A stretch of DNA of 63,763 nucleotides, filler included, from an uncultured Methanosarcinales archaeon (GCA_964566535.1; 4 parts of 4 records of this genome joined end to end with filler, not necessarily neighbours in it), one strand, 5' to 3'. Positions 10,030 to 19,928 are shown, numbered from the whole stretch's first letter. Notes: generated from the sequence alone by a model not told the origin. Program-made: numbers and translations.

Positions 10030-11376
10030 ATGGTAACTAAAGAAGAAGTTGTGGAAAAAGCAAAAAAAGATAACGTGAAGTTTGTTCAGTTACAGTTTAC
10101 AGACATACACGGGATGGTTAAGGCGGTTACTATTCCGATTGAGAAGTTGGGTGAAAGTTTAGAGAAAGGAACATGGTTTGATGGGAGTTCTATTGAAGGG
10201 TTTACAAGGATTTGTGAGAGTGATATGTATTTGAAGCCTGATGCTTCAACTTATGCAGTTCTGCCGTGGGAGAATAATTCTGATAAGGCTGCAACTGCAA
10301 GATTTATTTGTGATGTTTATATGCCTGATGGGACGCCGTTTGAGGGAGATCCAAGACAAATATTGAAGAAAGTAGTTAAGGAAGCTGAAGAGCTTGGTTA
10401 TGATTTTAATGTTGGTCCAGAACTTGAGTTCTTTTTGTTTAAGCCGAAGGAAGATGGTGAATTGAGACCTTCGCCTCATGATGTTGCTGGTTATTTTGAT
10501 TATGAGCCAAGAGACGAAGCAGGGGATGTTAGGAAAGAAATAATTCTTGCTTTGGAGTCAATGGGTCTTGAGGTTGAGATGAGTCATCATGAAGTTGCTC
10601 CTGGGCAGCACGAGATTGATTTTAAGTATGGGAAAGCGCTTAAGACTGCGGATAATGCAATAACATTCAAGCATGCTGTTAAATCGATTGCAAATAAGCA
10701 CGGGCTTTATGCAACTTTTATGCCGAAGCCAATTTTTGGTCAGAATGGTTCTGGGATGCATGTACACCAGAGTTTGTTTAGTATTGAAACAGGGAAGAAT
10801 GCATTTTTTGATGAGAATGATAAATACAAATTAAGTGATCTAGCAAAGAGTTATGTTGCTGGGCAGTTGGAGCATGTTAAGGCTTTTTGTGCGATAACAG
10901 CACCTACTGTAAATTCATATAAGAGATTAGTTCCTGGTTATGAGGCTCCGGTTTATATCTGTTGGGCTCAGAGGAATAGGTCTGCATTAGTTAGGATTCC
11001 AAGATATTCTCCTGGAAGGGAGTCTGCAACAAGATGTGAGTTAAGGTGCCCTGATCCAACATGTAATCCTTACTTGGCTTTTGCAGTTATGTTAAAGTCT
11101 GGTCTTGATGGGATCAAAAGGAATCTAACTCCTCCTGAAGCCGTTGAAGAAGATGTTTATGAGTTTGATGAGAAGAAACTTGAAGAGAGGAATATTGGGA
11201 CTCTACCTGCTTCATTAGGTGAGGCAATAGAGCAGCTTAAGAAGAACACCGTTGTTCAGGAAGCTTTGGGCGAGCATACATATAATATGTATATTAAAGC
11301 TAAGAAAGCAGAATGGGATGAATATAGATTGCAAGTTACTAAGTGGGAGCATGATAAGTATTTTCAGTCTACTTAG
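10030..11376 (+). CDS. glnA: Glutamine synthetase type I
   Basis: FDGSSIEGF, HHEVAPGQHE, NGSGMH, RLVPGYEAP, ELRCPDP; SD-like GGTGAGGTGG upstream. Confidence 0.97.
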   Translation: MVTKEEVVEKAKKDNVKFVQLQFTDIHGMVKAVTIPIEKLGESLEKGTWFDGSSIEGFTRICESDMYLKPDASTYAVLPWENNSDKAATARFICDVYMPDGTPFEGDPRQILKKVVKEAEELGYDFNVGPELEFFLFKPKEDGELRPSPHDVAGYFDYEPRDEAGDVRKEIILALESMGLEVEMSHHEVAPGQHEIDFKYGKALKTADNAITFKHAVKSIANKHGLYATFMPKPIFGQNGSGMHVHQSLFSIETGKNAFFDENDKYKLSDLAKSYVAGQLEHVKAFCAITAPTVNSYKRLVPGYEAPVYICWAQRNRSALVRIPRYSPGRESATRCELRCPDPTCNPYLAFAVMLKSGLDGIKRNLTPPEAVEEDVYEFDEKKLEERNIGTLPASLGEAIEQLKKNTVVQEALGEHTYNMYIKAKKAEWDEYRLQVTKWEHDKYFQST

Positions 11377-13459
11377 TTTTTATTTTGTTTTTTATTTCTG
11401 CTTTTTTTATGATTAGTCTTGCTGTGTTCTTATTATCTTCTTTTATTGTTGAATTGGTGATGATTATTTTTTTGTTGAAGAGTGGTGCGTCTAGGACTAA
11501 GGTTTCGTATTCTCCTCCTTCTCCAGCTACGTTTATTTGATTTATTTTGTTTAGTTTTACTAGGTCGTTTATGGTTTTGTTTGTGATTTCTTTGTTTAAC
11601 CATGATTTGTCTAATCCATCTGCTGCTATTGATGTCATAATTATTTTGAAGTTGTTGTTTAGTAATTCTTTCATGTATGTTTCTTGGTTTAAGTGCCATA
11701 AAGGCGAGAAGATTTTTAATTGTAGTTGGTCTGCGATTTTTTCTATTCTTTCTCTTTGGTAGGATGAGTATAATGCTCCTGTTATTATTCCGTCTATCTG
11801 ATATTTTTCTTTTGCTTCTTTGATTGCTGCCTTTAAGTCTTTTAGTTCGTGTTCCTTTTTCCCTTTAGTTTGTTTTAGGATTAATGGTAGGTCCATTGCT
11901 TGTGCTTGTAGTTTTGCTAATTCGATTGTTGGAGTGTGGAACATGTAGGAGTCTGGGTTTTTTGATTGAATTGTTATAAGGCAGTTTACTTTGTAGTTTT
12001 GTTTTTGCATTACATAAGTTGCGTAGATGGAATCTTTGCCTGTTGAGATTAATGAAGCTAGTTTTAGATTGTGTGAAGGGTAGAATTGCCTTAGGTAGTC
12101 TGATTTGTACTTGAATTTGTTTTGTTTTGTAAGTTTATTGATTGCTTTGTGGAAGTTTGAGCCGTATTGTGCTGCTTTCTTTTTTCTTTCGTAGAATTCT
12201 TTAGGTATCTTTATTGATTTAGCGAATAATCTTAGGATGTATTTTTCTTGGTTATCTTTTAGTTTTAATTCTGGTGGGATTTTTAATGCATAGTCAACTA
12301 GTTCTTTATCTAGGAATGGAAGTCTTAGTTCTAGGTTGTTGAACATTGTTATTACGTCATCTCTGTAAAGGTCACGCTCGTAGATTTTAATTAAACCTGA
12401 GAGGCATTCTTTGTTTAGGTAATGTGAGTCTTTATGTCTTTGGTAGCCTGCGAATATTTCTTCACTGCCTAAGCCTGAGAAGATTACTTTGCAGCCGTCT
12501 TTTTTTGCCTGCTTCGCTGCTGCAAAGAAAGTTAGTGCAACTCCCACTTTGACTACGTTGTAATCTTCTATTAACGGAATGATTGTTTTTAGGTGTGTTT
12601 CTACGTCTTTTAGTTTTACTTTGATAATTTTTAAGTTTAGGTTAAGCTGTTTTGCTGCTTTTTTTGCGTAGGCTAGGTCTTGAGGTGGCTTTAGGTTTGG
12701 GTCATCTAATACGCAGAGGTAGCAGTTGAACTTTTGTTTTTGGTTCTTTAGTATTTTTGCTATAACTGTTGAGTCAATTCCTCCTGAGAAGAGAAGTGCG
12801 AACTTTCTTTTTGGAATTCTTTTTTTTATTGCTTTTGTTAGTAGGGTTCCAACATTGTTTTTTATTTTTTCTTTTGTTTCTTTGTGTTCTGGGGTTATTT
12901 TGAAGAATTGTCTTTGTATGAATTCTATTTTGTTTGTTTTTGTGTTGTAGTTTAAGATCTTTCTTGGGTTTAGTTCGTTTATGTTTAGGTATCCAAGTTT
13001 TTCTAGTGCTTTTTTTTCTGATGCGAATGCAAATCCTTCTGAGTGAGAGTACCATAATGGTTTTACTCCTAATATGTCTCTTGCTAGATGTAATGTGCTG
13101 TCTTGTAAGTATGCGAATGCATAGACTCCGTCTAATTCATTCAATATTTTTTTTGTATTTCCATTATTTTTTTCAATTAAATTAAATAATAATTCTGAAT
13201 CGTTTCTAGCGTTTAATTTGAATTTATCATTTAATTCTTGCCAGTTGTAGATTTCACAGTTGGAGGATAGAATTCCTTTTCCTTTTAGCGGTTGTTTAAT
13301 GTTTTTTCCAACAATTGAATGTAGGCAATGACCTATTGTGTTGTTTTCTATCTTTACTATTCCTTCTGCGTCTTTTCCTCTGTTTTTTAATATGTTTAAT
13401 CCTTTGCTAACTAACTTTTGCGAGTTGTCTCTGTTGAATATTCCTATTATTCCGCACAT
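11369..13459 (-). CDS. Fusion of asparagine-synthetase-like (class II GATase + PP-loop) and diphthine-ammonia ligase (Dph6) domains
   Basis: MCGIIG nucleophile, NCEIYN, RDILGVKPL, FSGGIDS; then STGKDS, YMFHT, GEGGEYET. Confidence 0.88.
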   Translation of the reverse strand: MCGIIGIFNRDNSQKLVSKGLNILKNRGKDAEGIVKIENNTIGHCLHSIVGKNIKQPLKGKGILSSNCEIYNWQELNDKFKLNARNDSELLFNLIEKNNGNTKKILNELDGVYAFAYLQDSTLHLARDILGVKPLWYSHSEGFAFASEKKALEKLGYLNINELNPRKILNYNTKTNKIEFIQRQFFKITPEHKETKEKIKNNVGTLLTKAIKKRIPKRKFALLFSGGIDSTVIAKILKNQKQKFNCYLCVLDDPNLKPPQDLAYAKKAAKQLNLNLKIIKVKLKDVETHLKTIIPLIEDYNVVKVGVALTFFAAAKQAKKDGCKVIFSGLGSEEIFAGYQRHKDSHYLNKECLSGLIKIYERDLYRDDVITMFNNLELRLPFLDKELVDYALKIPPELKLKDNQEKYILRLFAKSIKIPKEFYERKKKAAQYGSNFHKAINKLTKQNKFKYKSDYLRQFYPSHNLKLASLISTGKDSIYATYVMQKQNYKVNCLITIQSKNPDSYMFHTPTIELAKLQAQAMDLPLILKQTKGKKEHELKDLKAAIKEAKEKYQIDGIITGALYSSYQRERIEKIADQLQLKIFSPLWHLNQETYMKELLNNNFKIIMTSIAADGLDKSWLNKEITNKTINDLVKLNKINQINVAGEGGEYETLVLDAPLFNKKIIITNSTIKEDNKNTARLIIKKAEIKNKIKTK

Positions 13460-13542
13460 AGGAAATAGGAAGAAGTGAAGGTATTTAAGAATGTCTGTTG
13501 AAAAACGTAATTTATATATAGGTAAGTTTACAATAGTTGGTT

Positions 13543-14229
13543 ATGATGAAAAAAGAGGTAGTGTTTTTAGTTATGTTTGTTCTTATGGTTAGTTCTGTTA
13601 TTGCTGGTCCTGCTGATGAGATAGAGCCTGCACAGCCAGATACATCTTCTCCTCCAATTGTAATTGTTGAGACTTATGATGCACCTTTTGAATATCCTGA
13701 AGGATTGGTTTTTGACGGAACTTATCTGTGGATATCCAGTATATTAGATTCAGATATTTACAAGTATGACCCTAATACATTTACAGTTGTGTCTAAGATT
13801 CCTGCACCTGGTCCTGGCTCAATGGATCTTGCATGGGATGGAGAGTTTTTATGGAATGCTGATTATGATAATGATAAAATCTATAAATTAGATATTGCTG
13901 GAGATATAATAAAAGAATTTGATTCTCCTGGAGAACAACCACAAGGAATGACATGGGATGGAGACAATTCACCTGACCCCAAGGATGTTGATATTGATTA
14001 TGGTATGGTTAAATATCAATTAAATAATTTTGATTATTATTTAGGAGATGAAAAATGGGATATAAGCAAATTTGCAACTGGAATGAAAGCAAAAATTAAA
14101 AACGAGATTGGAGGAGTTGCATTATTTCAGTTGATTTCTGATAAAAAGTTAAAGGTTGAGTTTTTTCCTGGAAAAAAAGAAAGTGAAGTTGAAGGATTTA
14201 GTTCAGATGCTGTGGTTTTTGAGAGGTAA
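13543..14229 (+). CDS. Secreted protein with beta-propeller-like repeats, possibly chimeric
   Basis: Signal peptide; repeats GLVFDGTYLW / DLAWDGEFLW / GMTWDG. Confidence 0.65.
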   Translation: MMKKEVVFLVMFVLMVSSVIAGPADEIEPAQPDTSSPPIVIVETYDAPFEYPEGLVFDGTYLWISSILDSDIYKYDPNTFTVVSKIPAPGPGSMDLAWDGEFLWNADYDNDKIYKLDIAGDIIKEFDSPGEQPQGMTWDGDNSPDPKDVDIDYGMVKYQLNNFDYYLGDEKWDISKFATGMKAKIKNEIGGVALFQLISDKKLKVEFFPGKKESEVEGFSSDAVVFER

Positions 14230-14230
14230 T

Positions 14231-14500
14231 TTATTTCTTCCTCAGCACAACAACAAATCCAACTCTGTCTATAAGTAAAGAATCAGTTTTCTCTGCTAAT
14301 TCATTTGCTAATTGTTTTTTGTCTTTGTCTTTGATGGCTGCTTTTAGGAGTTTTATTTTGATGAGCTTTTTCTTCTCCAGTTGTTTCTTTATTTCTGCTA
14401 TTGTTCCATCACTTAAACCTGATTTGCCTATTCTTATGACTGGCTCTAAGGTTTTTGCTTTTTCTTTCAAATCTTTCTTAGTGATGGGTTGGGTGTCCAT
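14231..14500 (-). CDS. yhbY: YhbY/CRM RNA-binding protein
   Basis: LEPVIRIGKSGL...LIKIKLL...GFVVVL. Confidence 0.88.
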   Translation of the reverse strand: MDTQPITKKDLKEKAKTLEPVIRIGKSGLSDGTIAEIKKQLEKKKLIKIKLLKAAIKDKDKKQLANELAEKTDSLLIDRVGFVVVLRKK

Positions 14501-16181
14501 GTCCTAATCCCTGCCTTTCCTTAAGTTCTTTGATGTGAGCTAGCTTAGTCTTTATCAATTTATTGATGTCAGCTGTAAAGTCTTCCATCAAGTAAGAGAA
14601 ATGCTCTCCACCTAAGAAATGAGGCAGGATTACATAGTCAGCTCCTTCATCATACAGTTCAATTGCTTCATCTATATTATTGGCTGTTAAGAAAATCTGG
14701 GCATCTTTGTTTACTTCTTTGACTGACCTGATTAACAGTATATTATCCCTTTTAGTTGGGACTGTGGAAACAATCATCGAAGCATTTTTTATGTCAAGCC
14801 TATCAATTATTTCTGTATCTCCAATATCTCCATAAATACAATGGGTTTTTTCTTTAATCAGCTTTACAATGACTTCTGGGTTGAAGTCAACAACTAATAG
14901 GTCTTTTTTCATCTTTTTTATAGTTCTGACAATACTGAATCCTATTCTGTTATAGCCGCAAAGAATGACATGCTTTCTCTTTTTTCTTGGGAGGTATTCC
15001 AGCTCTTCTTCTTCTCCTGTTGTGAACATATCGAATGGCCTTAAAATGTTACTCAACTTTCTATATAGTCTTTCTTCGTATTTGAAGAGGTATGAAGTAT
15101 AGGTGATTGTTACAATTGCTATTAGGATTGTTAATGAGAATATTTCCTGGCTGATGTGGCCTAAAATAAGCCCTTGTGAGACTATGATTAAGGAGAACTC
15201 TGAGATCTGGGACATGGCAATAGAAGATTGGAAGCCAATACGTCTTTTATAGCCAAAGAATGAGCAGATGAACATTATTATAACTGGTTTGAAAAAGATT
15301 ACAATTACTGTAAAGACTATTAATGGTTTGATAATAAGGTTTGCTGAACCTAACACCAGATTGAGTCCCAATGAAACAAAGAAGATTGTTGCGAAGAAAT
15401 CTCTTAATGGCTTTACACGGCCAATTATTTCCGGACTGTATGGCAGGTTAGCTAATGCGACTCCTGCTACAAATGCTCCGATGATTATTGATAATCCAAT
15501 GTAGCTTGCGAATAATGCGAATAAGAGACAGAAGCTTATAGCTAATAGGAAAAGAAGCTCTCTTGATTTTGCTGCAAATTTGAAGATTGTTGGGAATATG
15601 TATTTGCTTCCAAGATAAGCTATTGCTATCATTCCAATTCCTTTAAGGAATGAGAATATTAATGGCCAAGGTGATCCATTTGCATTATTTAATGTAGCTA
15701 ATGCAAGAATTGCTGCTATATCCTGCATTAACAGGAATCCAATAAGGATACGGCCATGTAATGTGTCAATCTCTCTTCTGTCTGAGAGAAGCTTTACAAT
15801 GACCATTGTTGAAGAGAATACAACTATTAAGGAAAGGTAGATCGCTTCTTTCACGATGAAGCCCATGGACATTGCAACCAGGAAAGTAAACCCAAAGGTT
15901 GTTACGATCTGGATTGTACCTCCTAAGATAGAGATTAAACCAACATTTGATAGTTTTTTTATGTCAATTTGCAAGCCTACAATGAATAAAAGGAATGCTA
16001 TTCCTATTTCTGACATTGTTGCTATAACTGAGGTGTTAGTTATTATGCCCATCAACGGGCCTAAAACAACACCTGTTAGGATGTATGCTGGGATTAATGG
16101 CTGTTTAAAGAGTCGTCCTAAGTAGGCGAATGTTGTTGCAAGGATTATTATTATGCTTATGCTGAAAAATATATTATCCAT
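14478..16181 (-). CDS. CPA2 cation:proton antiporter with TrkA-N (RCK) domain, Kef-like
   Basis: Multiple TM helices, FFVSLG, QISEFS; C-terminal CGYNRIG and YGDIGD. Confidence 0.9.
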   Translation of the reverse strand: MDNIFFSISIIIILATTFAYLGRLFKQPLIPAYILTGVVLGPLMGIITNTSVIATMSEIGIAFLLFIVGLQIDIKKLSNVGLISILGGTIQIVTTFGFTFLVAMSMGFIVKEAIYLSLIVVFSSTMVIVKLLSDRREIDTLHGRILIGFLLMQDIAAILALATLNNANGSPWPLIFSFLKGIGMIAIAYLGSKYIFPTIFKFAAKSRELLFLLAISFCLLFALFASYIGLSIIIGAFVAGVALANLPYSPEIIGRVKPLRDFFATIFFVSLGLNLVLGSANLIIKPLIVFTVIVIFFKPVIIMFICSFFGYKRRIGFQSSIAMSQISEFSLIIVSQGLILGHISQEIFSLTILIAIVTITYTSYLFKYEERLYRKLSNILRPFDMFTTGEEEELEYLPRKKRKHVILCGYNRIGFSIVRTIKKMKKDLLVVDFNPEVIVKLIKEKTHCIYGDIGDTEIIDRLDIKNASMIVSTVPTKRDNILLIRSVKEVNKDAQIFLTANNIDEAIELYDEGADYVILPHFLGGEHFSYLMEDFTADINKLIKTKLAHIKELKERQGLGHGHPTHH

Positions 16182-16320
16182 TTTTGATCTTTAAAATAAA
16201 CCCCTCTTTGTGTTTTTTGAATTCTAAGGTATCTCCTTTGTTTAGGTTTTCATACTCAGCAATTCTTTTTGGAATTGTGATTACTAATTGTCCTGATGGG
16301 AGTTTTTGGATTTTTACCAT
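16174..16320 (-). CDS. Small AbrB/MazE-like DNA-binding protein (48 aa)
   Basis: Manual translation MVKIQKLPSGQLVITIPKRIAEYENLNKGDTLEF...; stop overlaps the antiporter start (ATGGATAA). Confidence 0.75.
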   Translation of the reverse strand: MVKIQKLPSGQLVITIPKRIAEYENLNKGDTLEFKKHKEGFILKIKNG

Positions 16321-16406
16321 TTTATGCGTAAAATACTATTATTTATGATAGTTTATTTATTATTTTAGTTAATATTTGATTTAATAGTATATAAATGTTG
16401 TTATAA

Positions 16407-16640
16407 AATGAAAAATAAAAGAAAAAAACGACTACCATTGAAAAAATACCATTAAAAACTAAATAAAAATTTAAATAAAAAAATCAATAAAAAATGAACT
16501 AAAACTAAAAATTATCAATAAAAAATCAATAAAAAATGGAATAAAAAACTAATCAATAAATAAAAGATTACTAAATTAAATTAATAATAATCAAAATATC
16601 GGTTAACCAAATAAGGACTAATAATTAATAAAAATGAATC
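16407..16640. repeat. A-rich low-complexity intergenic repeat tract
   Basis: Iterated ATCAATAAAAAA and CCATT(G/A)AAAA motifs; related to 25292-25451. Confidence 0.6.
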
Positions 16641-16710
16641 TTAAAACGTAACTACTCATTAATAGTTATATATAGAAAAGTTTAAATAAGGCGATTAATT
16701 CTATTTATTC

Positions 16711-18051
16711 ATGGTTATTGGAAAAGAAGACTTAGAAGGAAGATTAGGGGATTTAAAGCAGCAACATAGAAGTTATGTTGAAAGTGTGAAAGGTCAAAAT
16801 GATCAATATAAGGCAGAATTGGATAGATTAGTTGGGCAATTAAGAGAGATTGGTAACGTAAAACCTTCAAGAGAACAAATAAGACAAGAAAGAGAGTTGA
16901 GAGAGAGTGTAAGCAGAGCAGATGATGACAGATTCTATTATAAAGTTATTGTTGGTCAGGGAGAGAAAAGAGGGGGTAAAAGGATTATTCTTAGAAGAAG
17001 CTTTAACTCATCTTCAAATGATGTCAGATTTCCTTATGAAGAGTTCAGACAAAGACACTCTGAGGTTATTGATTATATTGCAAATAATAAAGAGCCACAT
17101 GTAATTATATCTGATCGAAATTTTACTAATGTTAGCATACTTAGCAGAGAAGCAGCATTAGCTCATGAAGTGGAGTTTAACAGAAACCTTGGCAAGATAC
17201 GTGGAGATAATAGTTCAACTATTAGAGATTTAGAAAGTAGTATAGGAGGGATTAAAGAAGATATGGCTAAGCTGTTAAAGGAGTATAGAGCAGAACGTGA
17301 TAGATATAAAATTCATAGTGCTTACATGAATGGTAGTTTAGAAGCTAATAGTGAAGAGTCTCAAATTAGAAAGGGAGTTCTTTCATATATCGAAGATAGG
17401 CCTTTTTACAGTTTATGGAGAGGAAATTCCACCTTGTTCTTATATCAGGACGGCAAGCTGCATTATCTATTCTCTTCACGAAGGGATACTCCTCTTGAAA
17501 TCAGATGTGTAGAGACTAATAAGGTTTTTAATTCAGGACGGCTTGGTCTTGCTACTTCACTTTTAAGATTTAGTTCAGGTGACTATACTGATAGAATGGC
17601 TTACCCTTTATTTGAAGAACAATCAAGGATTGCAGAAGAAATTTTTGATAAAGTACGTAGAGGAATTAGAATTCTTCCAAGGAATGAAGTTCCAGAAGGT
17701 TACATTGAAGTTGACAAACCATCGGAAGACATGACACCTGCTGAAATCAGGTATAGGCACTGGGGACAAGAGTATTTGGCTGAATATGAACCTGTCGAGG
17801 TTGTTCAGGGCGAATTATTGGGTGGTGGAGGCTCATATAAAGCATTTAAATTTGGAAATGGTAAAACAGTTGTTGAATTTGATCAGGAAGAAAGAGCTAC
17901 GTATCTTTTTGCTACAGCAACATTTGAAAATTTGCGTAATTGGAAGAGGTCTGAAATCCTATCAGAAAGACCAGAAGGTTTTGATGGAAGAATATTCCAT
18001 TTGGGCCAAGATGTATGGAAAGCAGCAGTTGATAATTATCTGAGGTCTTAA
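16711..18051 (+). CDS. Hypothetical protein with N-terminal coiled coil
   Basis: 446-aa ORF with upstream TTTAAATA box. Confidence 0.7.
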   Translation: MVIGKEDLEGRLGDLKQQHRSYVESVKGQNDQYKAELDRLVGQLREIGNVKPSREQIRQERELRESVSRADDDRFYYKVIVGQGEKRGGKRIILRRSFNSSSNDVRFPYEEFRQRHSEVIDYIANNKEPHVIISDRNFTNVSILSREAALAHEVEFNRNLGKIRGDNSSTIRDLESSIGGIKEDMAKLLKEYRAERDRYKIHSAYMNGSLEANSEESQIRKGVLSYIEDRPFYSLWRGNSTLFLYQDGKLHYLFSSRRDTPLEIRCVETNKVFNSGRLGLATSLLRFSSGDYTDRMAYPLFEEQSRIAEEIFDKVRRGIRILPRNEVPEGYIEVDKPSEDMTPAEIRYRHWGQEYLAEYEPVEVVQGELLGGGGSYKAFKFGNGKTVVEFDQEERATYLFATATFENLRNWKRSEILSERPEGFDGRIFHLGQDVWKAAVDNYLRS

Positions 18052-18109
18052 TTTAAGGGGATCTTAAAAAAACGAAGGATTTAAAAACAGGTTAAATTTC
18101 CTTAGGTGT

Positions 18110-18634
18110 ATGGCAAGGATTAGAAAAGGAGTATCATATAGGAATTTAGAGAGACCTTATACTAGAGTTTCTAAGTTTAAGAGGAAGTCATTCATTAGGA
18201 CTACCTTGAATCCTAAGATAGTTAACTTTGATATGGGGAATCTTAAGAGGAAGTTTAAGTATAAGATTAATATGAACTCTAAGGCAGATCTTCAGATTAG
18301 GGATAATGCGTTAAACAGTGCTAGAGAGACTGCTAATCGGATGTTAGAGAAGGAATTTAGTGCGACAGGTTTTCATTTAAAGATGAATCTTTATCCATTT
18401 CATATTCTAAGAGAGAATCCAGTAGCAACTGGAGCTGGAGCAGATAGGTTTAGTACTGGTATGAAGAAGTCATTCGGTAAACCGATTGGTCAAGCTTGTA
18501 GAGTTACTAAGGGAAAAACAGTTATGAGTTTAGATGTTGATAAAGCTGGACTTGAAGTTGGTAAAAAGGCTTTGAAGAGAGCTGCTAGTAAATTGCCTTG
18601 TTCTTTCTTTTTAGATGTTATTGAGACTAATTAG
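18110..18634 (+). CDS. rpl10e: 50S ribosomal protein uL16 (L10e)
   Basis: YPFHILRENP, GAGADRFSTGMKKSFGKP. Confidence 0.96.
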   Translation: MARIRKGVSYRNLERPYTRVSKFKRKSFIRTTLNPKIVNFDMGNLKRKFKYKINMNSKADLQIRDNALNSARETANRMLEKEFSATGFHLKMNLYPFHILRENPVATGAGADRFSTGMKKSFGKPIGQACRVTKGKTVMSLDVDKAGLEVGKKALKRAASKLPCSFFLDVIETN

Positions 18635-18693
18635 TTTGTTCTATATCATAATAAATAGCAAATTATATAAATGCTTTAATTCGTGATAGGTGT

Positions 18694-19767
18694 ATGGAAA
18701 TATTAGGCAAGGTTATAGATTTTACGAGTATGACTTCAAGTGAGATATGGGCGAATCCGTATGCTCAGGCATTGTTGATATTTGTAGGGTTCTTTTTTAT
18801 TGCTAAGATAGTGGTGTTTGTTTCTGAGAAGTATCTTCTTAAGTTAGCTGAGAAAACTAAAACTCAAGTAGATGATATGATAATTAAGAAGACAAACAGG
18901 CCAATATCTCTACTTTTGATATTCTTTGGTGTTAAATTGGGGTTACTGCCTTTAGGGATAGCTGAGAATATAATGAAATGGGTGATGTTATCAATAAATT
19001 CTTTGATATTCTTTGTTATTGCGTATATATTTATTGTAATCTTTGATGTGTTGATTAATTATTGGGCTAAAGGCTGGGCGGCAAAAACAAAATCAAGGAT
19101 TGATGAGCAGTTGTTGAGTTTGTTTCATAGGTTTTCCAGAATTGTTGTTTTGATTTTAGTTGTTTTGTTTATCCTACAATTATGGGGTGTTCAAGTGGGC
19201 CCGTTGTTTGCCAGCTTAGGTATTGCTGGTCTTGCTATTGCTTTTGCGCTTCAGAGTACTCTTGGTAATATCTTTGGTGGAGTTTCTATGATTATTGATG
19301 GAACTTTGAAGAAAGGAGATATTGTTAAGTTGGAATCTGGGGAATCTGGGGCAATTTATGATATTGGGATAAGGAGTACCAGGATAAAGACTTGGGATAA
19401 TGAACTTATAACCATTCCTAATGGTAAGATGGCTGATTCTAAGATACAGAATCTTTCTCAGCCAGACCCATCGATTAGGATAAATATTGAGTTTGGAGTT
19501 GAGTATGGTTCTAATCCTGAGGAAGTCAAGAAATTGGTTGTGGATTTGGTTAAGAAGATTAAGCCTGTTATGCAGGACCCTGAGCCTAAGATTTGGTTTA
19601 CTGAGATGGGAGACTTTGCGCTTAAGTTTAAGCTTATGTTTTGGGTGGATGATTTGTCTTTGAAATGGCCTGCCCATCAAGAGGCTATGACTAAAATATA
19701 TGACGCTTTGAATAAGGCTAAGATTGGAATTCCATTCCCAACAAGAACGGTTTATAATAAGAGATAA
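18694..19767 (+). CDS. mscS: Small-conductance mechanosensitive channel
   Basis: SLGIAGLAIAFALQ, IGIRST, IPNG, IPFPTR. Confidence 0.93.
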   Translation: MEILGKVIDFTSMTSSEIWANPYAQALLIFVGFFFIAKIVVFVSEKYLLKLAEKTKTQVDDMIIKKTNRPISLLLIFFGVKLGLLPLGIAENIMKWVMLSINSLIFFVIAYIFIVIFDVLINYWAKGWAAKTKSRIDEQLLSLFHRFSRIVVLILVVLFILQLWGVQVGPLFASLGIAGLAIAFALQSTLGNIFGGVSMIIDGTLKKGDIVKLESGESGAIYDIGIRSTRIKTWDNELITIPNGKMADSKIQNLSQPDPSIRINIEFGVEYGSNPEEVKKLVVDLVKKIKPVMQDPEPKIWFTEMGDFALKFKLMFWVDDLSLKWPAHQEAMTKIYDALNKAKIGIPFPTRTVYNKR

Positions 19768-19776
19768 AACAACAAT

Positions 19777-19928
19777 ATTCCACCAATTAATTGATTGGTG
19801 GTTAAGGTGGAATTTGTGTGCTTAAGAACCGTCGAAGAAGATTGGTGGAATCTTGAGTGTTAAGAACCATCTAGGATGATTTGCGAGGTGAAATATGCCA
19901 CCGGTTTGTGACCGGTGGTTCTTGACAT
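19777..19928 (+). repeat. Palindromic structured element, copy A
   Basis: TGTTAAGAACCA...TGGTTCTTGACAT stem plus CCACCGGT/ACCGGTGG and CCACCAAT/ATTGGTGG hairpins; shares sequence with copies B and C. Confidence 0.7.
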
